A DNA stretch of 64,000 bases. Source: Pseudomonas phage WP1. The DNA is taken from the sequence record PP596839.1; one strand, given 5' to 3'. Made by a program: the position numbers and the translations under genes. Within the stretch, counting starts at the first letter, position 1, and the number at the start of each line of letters is the position of its first letter. This document shows, piece after piece, positions 8,661-17,387 of the stretch. Under the pieces are notes generated by a model that had not been told where the DNA came from, ran no database searches, and was given only the letters and a program-made list of their open reading frames with translations.

Positions 8661-9447
8661 TCAGTTACAAATGGCGATATTGATCACTTTATCATGGCCG
8701 GCCGCGAACCTCTCCAGGAAGTCCACCAGGTCATTCAAGATGGTGCCAGCTCGGCCTAGTTTGTGATCGATCAGGAGTTGCGCAGCCCGGTGGCCGACGA
8801 ATGTTCCTGCAGGAACCTGCGGCCACGCTTCGCCGATGCTTTTGAGCACCGCATCAGTATAGATTTTGTCTGCACCGACTTTGTGGTGGTCGAGGATCGT
8901 GCGGTCGCGAACATATCGATTGATGATCCGCCGCAGGAACTCGTCTTCAGTCCCGGCCAGGGCGCCGCATTCATGAAGCTGACGCAGGAGGCGCCACCCC
9001 AGGTTACGCTTCCATTTCTCGGCGAATTCTTCGGCCTCTGCGAATGACGCACGCATAACGCTCTCGACCGGGATGGTGATCGCGCCGCCTTCTTTCGTCC
9101 CAGTTTCCAGGACTGCCCATTCACCGTGCTTGCGGTGCTCGATGAAGCCGATGAGCATTCCGACGTTCGTTTCAGATTCCGCCATCCCAGTCACGCGAAC
9201 GACGGAATGGCGCGGGAACGCTTTCGATCCATGGAGGCTGGACTGGGAGTTGACCCACCCAGCGATGGCCAGGTCGGAGGCTTCGAGCATGGATCAGCTC
9301 GCGACGAATGCGAACGGCCAGAGCCGGGTCCAGCTCGCGACTGCGACGCAGGTAGCCGGGCTTTAGGTTCGGGTCGCGAGTCTTATCGACATTGGGATTC
9401 GGATTGCCGACCGGGAGTTGGTCGCGGTAAATCTTGCATTCTTGCAT
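8661..9447 (-). CDS. hypothetical protein (about 260 aa; one frame break near 9290)
   Basis: 209-aa ORF plus upstream 91-aa ORF that join as MQECKIYRDQLPVGNPNPNVDK…RRELI/MLEASDLAIAGW…. Confidence 0.5.
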
Positions 9448-9540
9448 TTAATGTATCCTCTGTTCTGGAGGGCAGTACAGGCGGCGGCGCTAGTATCGGC
9501 CACTTTCCTGCCGAAGTAAAGTTGGATTAAATTCGCTCGC

Positions 9541-9570
9541 TTTGACGAGTCAGCTGATAGTATACTCTTC
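9541..9570 (+). promoter_or_regulatory. promoter-like element TTTGAC…TATACT with conserved AGTATACTCTTC box, divergent-region promoter for 9616 gene
   Basis: box AGTATACTCTTC recurs at 16770-16781; TATACT also at 11163-11168; all upstream of plus-strand genes. Confidence 0.3.
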
Positions 9571-9615
9571 TTGCGCAGAGGTAAAGCAGGAACTGTACGT
9601 TATAAGGAACATTCA

Positions 9616-10038
9616 ATGGCGGAACATATTTTTACTCACGAAGGTACTGTGGTGTTTGAGGGCCGATCCCGGACGGTGAAGCTTCGGCGCGGCAACCACC
9701 ACTGGGTGGACCCCGATAGACATCGCTATAGCCCACAGGACGGCCGCGCCGCTTCCCAGGCTATTAAGGGTGCGGTCTTGGTCCTTTCGACCGTCCGCTG
9801 GCTCCCTGGTGCGAAGAAGGCCGCAGGCCAGGTGAAGGCCTTCCCTTATAAAGGAAGGGTCCACGCACTCGGCGCCGCTTGGCATTATGTTCTGTTGCGG
9901 CGCACGAAAAACTTCCATGTCGATCCGCACGGCCGCAGGTATCGTCGTGATACTGGTTGGTCTGTGGACGGCTTGCTTAAACTGAGCCTCAGTTCAATTA
10001 AACCTAGCGTTGGAGAACGCAAATATGTCAGCATCTAA
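9616..10038 (+). CDS. hypothetical protein (140 aa)
   Basis: ATG at 9616 with AAGGAA RBS; first gene of plus-strand replication operon. Confidence 0.5.
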   Translation: MAEHIFTHEGTVVFEGRSRTVKLRRGNHHWVDPDRHRYSPQDGRAASQAIKGAVLVLSTVRWLPGAKKAAGQVKAFPYKGRVHALGAAWHYVLLRRTKNFHVDPHGRRYRRDTGWSVDGLLKLSLSSIKPSVGERKYVSI

Positions 10039-11152
10039 CTTCACCGTCGATCAGGTCGAAGAGCGATTCGGATTCCGACCCAATGGCCAGCAGGTCGACG
10101 CTATTAATTCCGTCGTTAACTGGTATCGTGGTTGGTGTGATCGAGCGCACCGCCGCCAGGTCTATCGACTCGCCGGTTTTGCCGGAACTGGTAAGACTTC
10201 CATTGCGAAGATCATCGCTGAGCTTTGCTGCTCGATGGACTGGACAGTCTTCATCGCACCGACCGGAAAAGCAGCAGCGCGTCTTCGTGAGAAAGGCTGC
10301 ACCAGTGCCCGGACTCTTCACAGCTTTATCTATCGACCCATCGGTGAAGATGAAGACGGCGAAATCATGCCTGCCAACAAAGACTCGCTCGACGAGAAAC
10401 CGAAGTTGGTAGTGCTCGACGAGTCGTCTATGATCGGCGAGTGGGATGAAGAGCGCCTGTTGTCGCATCGAATTCCGGTTCTGGAGATTGGTGACTTTGG
10501 CCAAGTTCCTCCTGTGCGCGGCGTCCAGATCTTCCATCGAGAACAGTTGTGATACCATCATGACCGAAATCGAGCGCAACGCCGGCAACATCGTTCGGGC
10601 GTCGATGCTTGTTCGCCAGGGCAAGCGCTTGCCATGCCGCGAGTATGATGACATGTTGGTCCGGGCCGGCTTCGATATGTCGGATGATGAAATGCGGACG
10701 TTCCTGGACAACGATGGTGTGATTCTTTGCGCTTACAACAATACTCGCCGCCGCTTGAACGCACGGCGCTCGGCGAATCCTCGGCTACAGAGGTGCGCAG
10801 CCGGGAATCGGCGAGAAGCTGGTCTGCATCTGGGAACCAGGACGAACATGGAATCATGAATGGCGAACAGGCCATTCTGCTAGACTTCAAGCCAGTTCCT
10901 GAAGGGCAAGAGGATGACGACGAGCCTGATGAAATGTTGTTCGCCAAAGTTCGCATTATCGGCACGAACTATGAACGCTGGGTGAAGTTCAATCCCCTGA
11001 GTTTTTCGGCCGAGGAAGACGTGCGGCTGGAGGCGCAGAAGGCTATTGGCGGATTCGACTTCGGATGGGCGATGACGTTCCACAAGTCGCAGGGATCAGG
11101 AATGGAAACGGGTTGCTATGTTAGAAGAAAACTTGCCGTCCATCCCTTATAG
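10025..11152 (+). CDS. SF1 DNA helicase, RecD/Dda-like (Walker A GFAGTGKT, Walker B VVLDESSM, motif FHKSQGS); two frame breaks
   Basis: three consecutive ORFs (180, 137, 141 aa) that together carry the ordered helicase motifs; GGAG RBS before ATG 10025. Confidence 0.65.
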
Positions 11153-11168
11153 TCAGTTGATGTATACT
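11150..11168 (+). promoter_or_regulatory. promoter-like CAGTTGATGTATACT upstream of K/A/E-repeat gene
   Basis: shares TGATrGTATACT core with 9551-9566. Confidence 0.25.
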
Positions 11169-11378
11169 GGAATCACTCGCGCAACTGAATACTTACTGTT
11201 CTTGCGTAAAAGCTAGGAAATTCTCGAACATAAATAAGTTCCCTAGAGTCTGGACTTTCCCGAAAGAAAATATTTAGGAAAGTTCAGGCTAAGGGTATTC
11301 CCTTCTTCAATTAGTTTAGAGATAATTCCCCTCACAGGCCAATAAGCCATCCCTTTAAACATTCCCGGAGTAAGAACC

Positions 11379-12272
11379 ATGGAACAGAAGGACCAGAACG
11401 AACAGACCCAAGGCGAAGAGCTGACCAAGGAACAGGCCGCTGCCCTGCGCAAGGCCGAGAAGGCCGCTGAGCGCCAACGTAAAGAGCGCGAGCGCGCCGA
11501 GAAGGCCGAAGCCAAGGCCAAGGAAGCCGAGCAGAAGAAAGCCGAGCGCGAAGAGAAGCGCAAGGCCGAGCGCGAGAAGAAGGAAGCCGAGCGCGCCGAG
11601 AAGGCGAAGGAAAAGGCCGCCGCCAAGGAAGCCGAGCGCGCTGAAAAGGCCAAGGCGAAGGAAGCCGAGCAGGCCGAGAAGGCGAAGGCCAAAGAAGCCG
11701 AGCGCGAGCAGAAGAAGGCCGAGAAGGAAGCCGAGCGCGCCAAGAAGGCCGAAGAGAAGAAGGCCGCGCAGGAAGCCCAGAAAGTCGCTCGCGAAGAAGA
11801 GCGCAAGCGCCTGGCCGAAGAGAAGAAGGCAGAGCGCGAAGCCGAGAAGAAGCGTCGCAAGGAAGAGCAGGAAGAGCGCCGCGCGAAGGCCGAAGCCCGC
11901 CGCGAAGACCTGAAGTCCAGTGGTTCGCGCCGTCCGCGTGCCACCCACTTCATCCCGACCGGCGACGGCCACGGTACTCCGCAGGCCTTCTCGACTCGCG
12001 GCAGGGTGTCTGCTTACATCAACGAGCACTGCACCGTTGGTGAGCCGGTCGAAATCGAATCCTTCGGCGAGCAGGTGGCCCACCTGCTGTACGGCACCTC
12101 GGTTCGCAGCTACCTGAGCAGGCTGGAAATAATGGGCTGGGTCGATCTGGTTGCCATCGCTTCGAAGGAAGACGAAGCTGGCCAGGGCGATGACGAGAAG
12201 GCCGGTGACGAAGGCCAGGAGCACGACGGTGATGATCAGGGCGCCGACGGTTCCGATGGTGAAGAAGAGTAA
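11379..12272 (+). CDS. Lys/Ala/Glu-rich repeat protein with globular C-terminal domain and acidic tail
   Basis: 297-aa uninterrupted ORF; residues 15-185 almost exclusively K/A/E/R in degenerate KAEAE repeats; ends DDQGADGSDGEEE; both antisense ORFs are shadows. Confidence 0.65.
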   Translation: MEQKDQNEQTQGEELTKEQAAALRKAEKAAERQRKERERAEKAEAKAKEAEQKKAEREEKRKAEREKKEAERAEKAKEKAAAKEAERAEKAKAKEAEQAEKAKAKEAEREQKKAEKEAERAKKAEEKKAAQEAQKVAREEERKRLAEEKKAEREAEKKRRKEEQEERRAKAEARREDLKSSGSRRPRATHFIPTGDGHGTPQAFSTRGRVSAYINEHCTVGEPVEIESFGEQVAHLLYGTSVRSYLSRLEIMGWVDLVAIASKEDEAGQGDDEKAGDEGQEHDGDDQGADGSDGEEE

Positions 12273-12311
12273 GCCGCCGCTCTTCTGAGACTGAATCGTC
12301 TAGCTCTTCAA

Positions 12312-12340
12312 GGGACTAATGAAATGGGTCCCTTTTTTAT
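12312..12340 (+). terminator. rho-independent terminator GGGAC…GTCCC TTTTTT
   Basis: 5-bp stem, 11-nt loop, 6 T. Confidence 0.5.
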
Positions 12341-12375
12341 CCTCTCAAGTTCTGTACACTCATAAGGAACAGATC

Positions 12376-13378
12376 ATGATTCCTGATCATAAAGTCATCA
12401 TTGTAGGCGCCGGACTCGCCGGACTTATCGCCGCGCATCGCTTCCCTCAAGCTCAAATCATCGACGCGGCGACGCCGGAGAACAAAGAGCGTCACAACGC
12501 GCTCTTGCGATTCCGCTCACCAGTCATCGGCCAGCTCACCGGCATCCCATTCCGCGAAGTCACCGTACACAAGGCCATCTACATTGACGGCGGGTTCGCT
12601 CCCCAGCCGCGCATCGACTACTGCAGCATGTACTCCAGGAAAGTAACGGGCGGCCTGTCGGATCGGTCCACCTGGAATATGGCGACCGAAAAGCGTTGGA
12701 TCGCTCCGGCCGACTACCATGAGCAGCTGGTCGCTAAGCTGGCGAATCGCATCAGCTGGGGAAGGCCTTTCGACGCCTCTTTCTTCCAGTTCCTTCGCCG
12801 GCAAGATGATCACGTTAATATCATCAGCACAGCACCATTCCGCGCCAACCTGGCTGCGGCAGGACTGGACCTGGGTATCGACCCGTCATTCGGCGAAGGC
12901 ACTGCCATCGTCGTGAGTCGGTACAGGCTTTCCATTCCTTGTGATGTCTTCCAGGCGGTGTATTTCCCTGGTCCCGAAGTGGGAACGTTTCGAGCGTCCA
13001 TCACCGGAGACACCCTTATCGTCGAATCCGTTACTAAGGGCGTCGTGGAGACTGCCGATGGTGAAATCGAAACCATCGAATGGGACAGCAACTGGGACCT
13101 GGATGAAGTTTGCTCGGCCTTCGGCATCAGGAAGAAGAATCTCATTCCGGACGGCGAGCCGACCGTCCAGACCAAGGGTAAAATCATTCCGCTCGGTCGC
13201 GACGAGCGCGAATCCGATGACCTGGAATCTCACCCATGAAGCCGGCATCTTCTCGCTCGGTCGGTTCGCGACTTGGCGAAACGTCCTCCTGGACGATCTG
13301 GTTTCGGACATGGACGTCATCGAGCGCCTGATGACTTCTTCGTCTTATCAGAAGGCCAAGAAGATGTTCGTGAAATAA
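12376..13378 (+). CDS. FAD/NAD(P)-binding oxidoreductase, UDP-galactopyranose-mutase/amine-oxidase-like fold; one frame break near 13230
   Basis: N-terminal Rossmann dinucleotide motif VIIVGAGLAGL; C-terminal LGRFATWRN…DMDVIERL resembles C-terminus of Glf-family flavoenzymes; AAGGAA RBS. Confidence 0.5.
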
Positions 13379-13390
13379 TTTACACAAAGT

Positions 13391-13442
13391 GCTTTACTTC
13401 TTAGCCAGGTGAGAGTAGTATTCCCTCATCGAAACGCGAAAC
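13391..13442 (+). promoter_or_regulatory. promoter TGCTTTACTTC-17-TAGTAT plus conserved leader CATCGAAACGCGAAAC (copy A)
   Basis: -35 TTTACT 13393-13398, -10 TAGTAT 13416-13421, leader 13427-13442, ATG at 13468. Confidence 0.5.
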
Positions 13443-13467
13443 CCTTCAACCAAAAGGAATCGACAAA

Positions 13468-13698
13468 ATGGCCCGCGAAGTAACCTTCTCCACCGACAAA
13501 AACACCACCAAGACCTACGCCACCAAGGCCAATCTCGAACGCGCCATCGCCAAGGCCGAATGGCTCGGTGAAAGTGCACGCTACTTCATCCACCTGACCG
13601 AGGATGGCCGCCTGACGCCCGTGTTCCTTCTTAACAGTCTTCCTGCGGGAACTGGCGCGGTGTGGTGCGCCCAGCACGGCTGGAATGTGATAGGTTAA
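13468..13698 (+). CDS. hypothetical protein (76 aa)
   Basis: AAAAGGAA RBS, clean ORF, TAATG overlap with next gene. Confidence 0.55.
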   Translation: MAREVTFSTDKNTTKTYATKANLERAIAKAEWLGESARYFIHLTEDGRLTPVFLLNSLPAGTGAVWCAQHGWNVIG

Positions 13699-13916
13699 TG
13701 GCAGTCGATCCTCGCGAGGCAGCGCTCAAGCGGGCGCTGCTGGCTTTCTTCCGTGACACGCAGGCCCTTGGCGGCGGGAGTCTCACAATAACGGCCCGGA
13801 TCGTCGGGCCAGAAGGCGACAGGAAGCTTCGCGCCAGTTATTTCCTGAATGGCGCGAAGCTGAGCCTGTCCGATATCATCGCTAAAGTGGAGGCCGAAGA
13901 TGGGCCGGATCGTTAA
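13698..13916 (+). CDS. hypothetical protein (72 aa)
   Basis: translationally coupled start; protein-like. Confidence 0.5.
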   Translation: MAVDPREAALKRALLAFFRDTQALGGGSLTITARIVGPEGDRKLRASYFLNGAKLSLSDIIAKVEAEDGPDR

Positions 13917-14119
13917 CATCAAAGTAGTCATTTCTCGCACGACCGAGCGCGACTCCATGGGTTCGCCGTACATCCATTGAGTCTTATCGCACTTTCACCT
14001 TCGGCGCCGCCACAACGCTGGTTGCGGCCCTCGACTGGGTGAAAAGCCAGTGCCCGGAAATCGTTGATATGATCATCTACGAACCGGAAACAGTGGCCGC
14101 TCAGCAGGAGCGCTATTAA
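13900..14119 (+). CDS. hypothetical protein, frame-disrupted
   Basis: MGRIVNIKVVISRTTER… then …SYRTFTFGAATTLVAALDWVKSQCPEIVDMIIYEPETVAAQQERY* in another frame; TAATG overlap with 14119. Confidence 0.3.
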
Positions 14120-14385
14120 TGTACTCGCCAGACCATCCTGAAGAGGTTCCCATGTCTTTCCTCGAAATGCAAGTCGACCCGCCGCAAACGCGACAGACAG
14201 CGCCGTCTTTCGTTCTGGTAGGCATCCTGTACCTGATTGGCGATGGGCGCCTGGACGATAAGCCTTTCACTTCGTTCAACCTGTCGTTCGGCAGTCGCGA
14301 AGAGGCCGAGCGCGCCCGCGACAAGATTACTGAGCATTACCTGGACCGCCGCGATATTCGCGCCGAAATCATCCGCTGCTACTGA
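14119..14385 (+). CDS. hypothetical protein (88 aa)
   Basis: clean ORF in operon. Confidence 0.5.
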   Translation: MYSPDHPEEVPMSFLEMQVDPPQTRQTAPSFVLVGILYLIGDGRLDDKPFTSFNLSFGSREEAERARDKITEHYLDRRDIRAEIIRCY

Positions 14386-14396
14386 GGATTGCAGTA

Positions 14397-14606
14397 ATGT
14401 CCATTGAACTGGTGTACCGGACCTCTGATGGCACTATCTTCTCGTCCATTGTGCCACGCCGAAGAGCCATGAAGACCGACCTGGAGGCGTGCAGGTTGCT
14501 GGCCGAAGAGATCGACAGATACGGTCTACACAAGGAAGATGCACAAGCGCTGGCCATTGCGCTGACGGAGAAATTCACTTTCACGCCAATTCCGGAAGAT
14601 TTCTGA
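14397..14606 (+). CDS. hypothetical protein (69 aa)
   Basis: clean ORF; TGATG overlap with thyX. Confidence 0.5.
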   Translation: MSIELVYRTSDGTIFSSIVPRRRAMKTDLEACRLLAEEIDRYGLHKEDAQALAIALTEKFTFTPIPEDF

Positions 14607-15321
14607 TGAAAATTTCTCTGATCAGTTACACCCAGAACGCCTGGGAACTTCTCCTGGGTACGAAATCAGCCCGCCATGCGCGGCCAAGACCCGGCGACCA
14701 TGACCGAAGCCGAAAAGCTCGACCACTGGAAGTACATGGCCTGGATACCATCCGCTCGCCATTCGAATTCGTGGACTTCATTTTCCAGGTCGAGGGCGTG
14801 AGCAAGTAACTTCACCCATCAACTCGTTCGGACGCGGACCGGGGCTTACCAGCAGGAAACAGGTCGCGCCCTGGAGGTTAGCGCCGTTGTTCAGCCGGAA
14901 GCATTCCGCTGGGATTTCGATGAGCAGGCTACGGCCAATGGCGAGCCGGACCCGACCTATCACGCCCGCGAAGAGCTGAACCGCCTGTGGCATTATGCCA
15001 TCGCCGACGCGCAGACCAGTTACCAGAAGCTCTCTGGAGGCAGGCGCATCGCTCCAGGATGCTCGTGCCATCATCCCTTCCAGCATGGAAACGAAGATTG
15101 CGGCCAAGTTCAACCTGCGGACTCTCAGCGACATGGCGAAAGTTCGCCTGTGCGTTCGTACGCAAGGGGAGTATCAGGAAGCCTTCCGCGAAATGCGCCG
15201 ACTGGTTCTGGAAGTCTATCCGATGTTCGATAGCATGCTCCAGCCGCACTGCGTCGCTACTGGCTCCTGTGCCTTCCCGCGCTATGGATCGAAGGTTCTG
15301 AATGAAGATGAGATTCATTGA
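14606..15321 (+). CDS. thyX: flavin-dependent thymidylate synthase ThyX; at least 4 frame changes
   Basis: segments FEFVDFIFQVEGVS, …TMTEAEKLDHWKYMAW…, …VRTRTGAYQQE…, ARAIIPSSMETKIAAKFNLRTLSDMAKVRLCVRTQGEYQEAFREM match ThyX conserved blocks in order. Confidence 0.7.
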
Positions 15322-15559
15322 GCAATCCCATGACCGCTTCATGTCCGCTCTGGAGACGAAGCCCGGCCAGGTTCCTGTGGTTGAGTTGCCGGTGAAACCG
15401 ATCTATCAGTGCAAGTTCTATCGTCCATGGATGGATCGCTCGGCCGAGCAGGAAGAGCTGCGCCGCGAGTTCTGGGGATCGGAGAAACAAGAGGCCAATC
15501 CTGTAGCGGTCAGTGGGAAGTCAGTGCAGCATGAAGATCATCATCGAGAAGGTTGGTGA
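15302..15559 (+). CDS. hypothetical protein (85 aa)
   Basis: ORF overlapping thyX 3' end. Confidence 0.4.
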   Translation: MKMRFIEQSHDRFMSALETKPGQVPVVELPVKPIYQCKFYRPWMDRSAEQEELRREFWGSEKQEANPVAVSGKSVQHEDHHREGW

Positions 15560-15722
15560 TGTCGCACAAGTAGAAGTCACCAACGGCGGCGAATCAATTC
15601 GCATCACGATGAACGTGAAATCGTTCGACCTGGTACAGAACGGTGAGCTGTTCCGCCTGACCTCCGATGGCGCGTTCATCGAGAAAACCATCACCCAGAA
15701 AGCAGAAAGCGAGGAAATCTGA
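15531..15722 (+). CDS. hypothetical protein (63 aa)
   Basis: MKIIIEKVGDVAQVEVTNGG…, protein-like. Confidence 0.45.
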   Translation: MKIIIEKVGDVAQVEVTNGGESIRITMNVKSFDLVQNGELFRLTSDGAFIEKTITQKAESEEI

Positions 15723-15752
15723 ATATGGCATCGAAAACCAAGGAATGGCATC

Positions 15753-16679
15753 ATGATCTTCGATCTTGACGGATGCGTCTTCGACGATAGCCACCGTAAA
15801 AGCTTCGCACTGGAAAAGCAATGGGACGAGTACCACTCCCGCCTCGACAAGGACAAGCTCAATCCGCATGCAGTAGCACGAATCCGTAACGCCATCGACG
15901 CCGACCTGATGATTTTCTTCATCACCGGCCGAACCGACAACAACTATTTCCAGACCAGGGCGAAAATCCATCGCGACCTGGGTATCGCCGAACATCGCGA
16001 ATATGAGCTCATCATGCGGGAGTATGGAAACACCCAGCCGGCGCCGGAGTTCAAGCGCTCAGTCGCGCTAGATATTCTGAAGAAGATCGACGGCGTGACA
16101 AAGATCGTCGCGGCATTCGATGACCGACAGGATATCATCGACGCCTACAAGGGCCTGGGAATCGATGCCTATATCCTGAACCTGGAAGGCTGCGATGCGC
16201 CGTTCTTCGCCGTCGCGGCCGATAGCGATCCCGGTAGCGCGCCCAACAACATGGCAGGCGAGCCGTTCTCGGTCGCCCCGGACTCCGCCCCTACCCTCGA
16301 CGAGGCGTTTGCGCAGGCCCCTTCTCCGCTCTACGAAGAGCCGAACGAAGACGCAGCCGAAGACGCGGCCGAAGAGGCAACGGCGCCGTTCGCCATGGCA
16401 TCCAGCTGGCCCGGTGACGGCGCTGCCGATCCCGATGATTTCGTGGAGGACGTTCTCAGCAACCTGTCCGCCGCAGCAGGCATTTTCCGCGACCGCCAGG
16501 GCGCTTATGGCCGAAATGACCTGATGTATGGCAGGATCATGGAAATCCTCTTCCCGAATGGCATGGTGGTGAAGACCGCTGATGATCATCGACTCGCCCT
16601 GTTCGTGATGCATATCGTTGGCAAACTCACTCGCCTGGCGAACAGTGGGTTTGAGGATGATGATTCGGTCTTGGACTGA
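15753..16679 (+). CDS. HAD-superfamily phosphatase (motifs DLDG, ITGR, K, FDDRQD) with Ala/Asp/Glu/Pro-rich linker and conserved C-terminal domain
   Basis: 308-aa uninterrupted ORF; ordered HAD motifs I-IV in first 150 aa. Confidence 0.6.
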   Translation: MIFDLDGCVFDDSHRKSFALEKQWDEYHSRLDKDKLNPHAVARIRNAIDADLMIFFITGRTDNNYFQTRAKIHRDLGIAEHREYELIMREYGNTQPAPEFKRSVALDILKKIDGVTKIVAAFDDRQDIIDAYKGLGIDAYILNLEGCDAPFFAVAADSDPGSAPNNMAGEPFSVAPDSAPTLDEAFAQAPSPLYEEPNEDAAEDAAEEATAPFAMASSWPGDGAADPDDFVEDVLSNLSAAAGIFRDRQGAYGRNDLMYGRIMEILFPNGMVVKTADDHRLALFVMHIVGKLTRLANSGFEDDDSVLD

Positions 16680-16769
16680 TCAGCTATTCAGCGTTTGTCC
16701 AATGCCACCATGTATTCCGGCCGCATCACGCCGAAAGACGGACAGGAGGCATAAACCCTGCGCCGTTGC

Positions 16770-16810
16770 AGTATACTCTTCAGGCCGGTCGCGAAAGCAG
16801 CCGGCCTTTC
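16770..16810 (+). promoter_or_regulatory. AGTATACTCTTC box followed by GGCCGG…CCGGCC hairpin in 5' region of exonuclease gene
   Basis: second copy of box seen at 9559-9570; 6-bp GC stem immediately downstream. Confidence 0.3.
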
Positions 16811-16830
16811 GACATAAGAGGGAACAGGAC

Positions 16831-17387
16831 ATGAGATTCGCCGTATGGGATACTGAGACCACAGGACTCCCGTTCCACCAGAGGGTAAGTCTGCGGAAGC
16901 AGCCAGAATCACTGAATTCGCCGGAGTCATCACCGATGGCGAGACGATTCTGGATGAAGTCGAGTTCACCTGCAACCCTGGGATTGTGATCGAAGAAATC
17001 ATTACAAAGATCACAGGCCTGAAGAATGAAGACTTAATCAAACACCCATCGTTCCTCGATCAACGCCAGAAAGTTCGCGATTTCTTTTCGAAGGCCGACG
17101 CAGGTATTGCCCACAACCTTCCGTTCGATAAATTCATGCTTACCTGCGATCTGGCTCGCGGAAAGCTCGGCCTGGAAGAAGTCAACTTCCCATCGCTCGA
17201 TATCTGTACTGTAGAAGAGTCGGCGCCATTGTTCGGCCACCGCATGCGGCTGCAGGCATCCTGCATGAGCATTACTGCGGACCTTATGTCCAGAAGCACC
17301 GGGCATTGGACGACGTGCGGCTGCTCCATCGAAGCCTGCAAGCACATGGGAGTGTATCGGGCGTATCAAGCAATGGAGGCCGCATAA
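16831..17387 (+). CDS. DnaQ-like 3'-5' proofreading exonuclease (Exo I DTETTG, Exo II AHNLPFD, Exo III HRALDDV); two frame breaks
   Basis: motifs found in order across three frames; GGGAACAGGAC RBS region. Confidence 0.65.

Noticed and set aside
11379-11900. Tandem DNA repeats, considered as a CRISPR or satellite array
   Set aside because: They are in-frame coding repeats (KAEAE units) of irregular length with no spacer/repeat alternation.
11243-12224. Two long minus-strand ORFs (236 and 289 aa) opposite the K/A/E-repeat gene
   Set aside because: Artefacts of the repetitive GC-rich repeat DNA; translations are poly-Ser/Ala/Phe/Leu/Gly strings.
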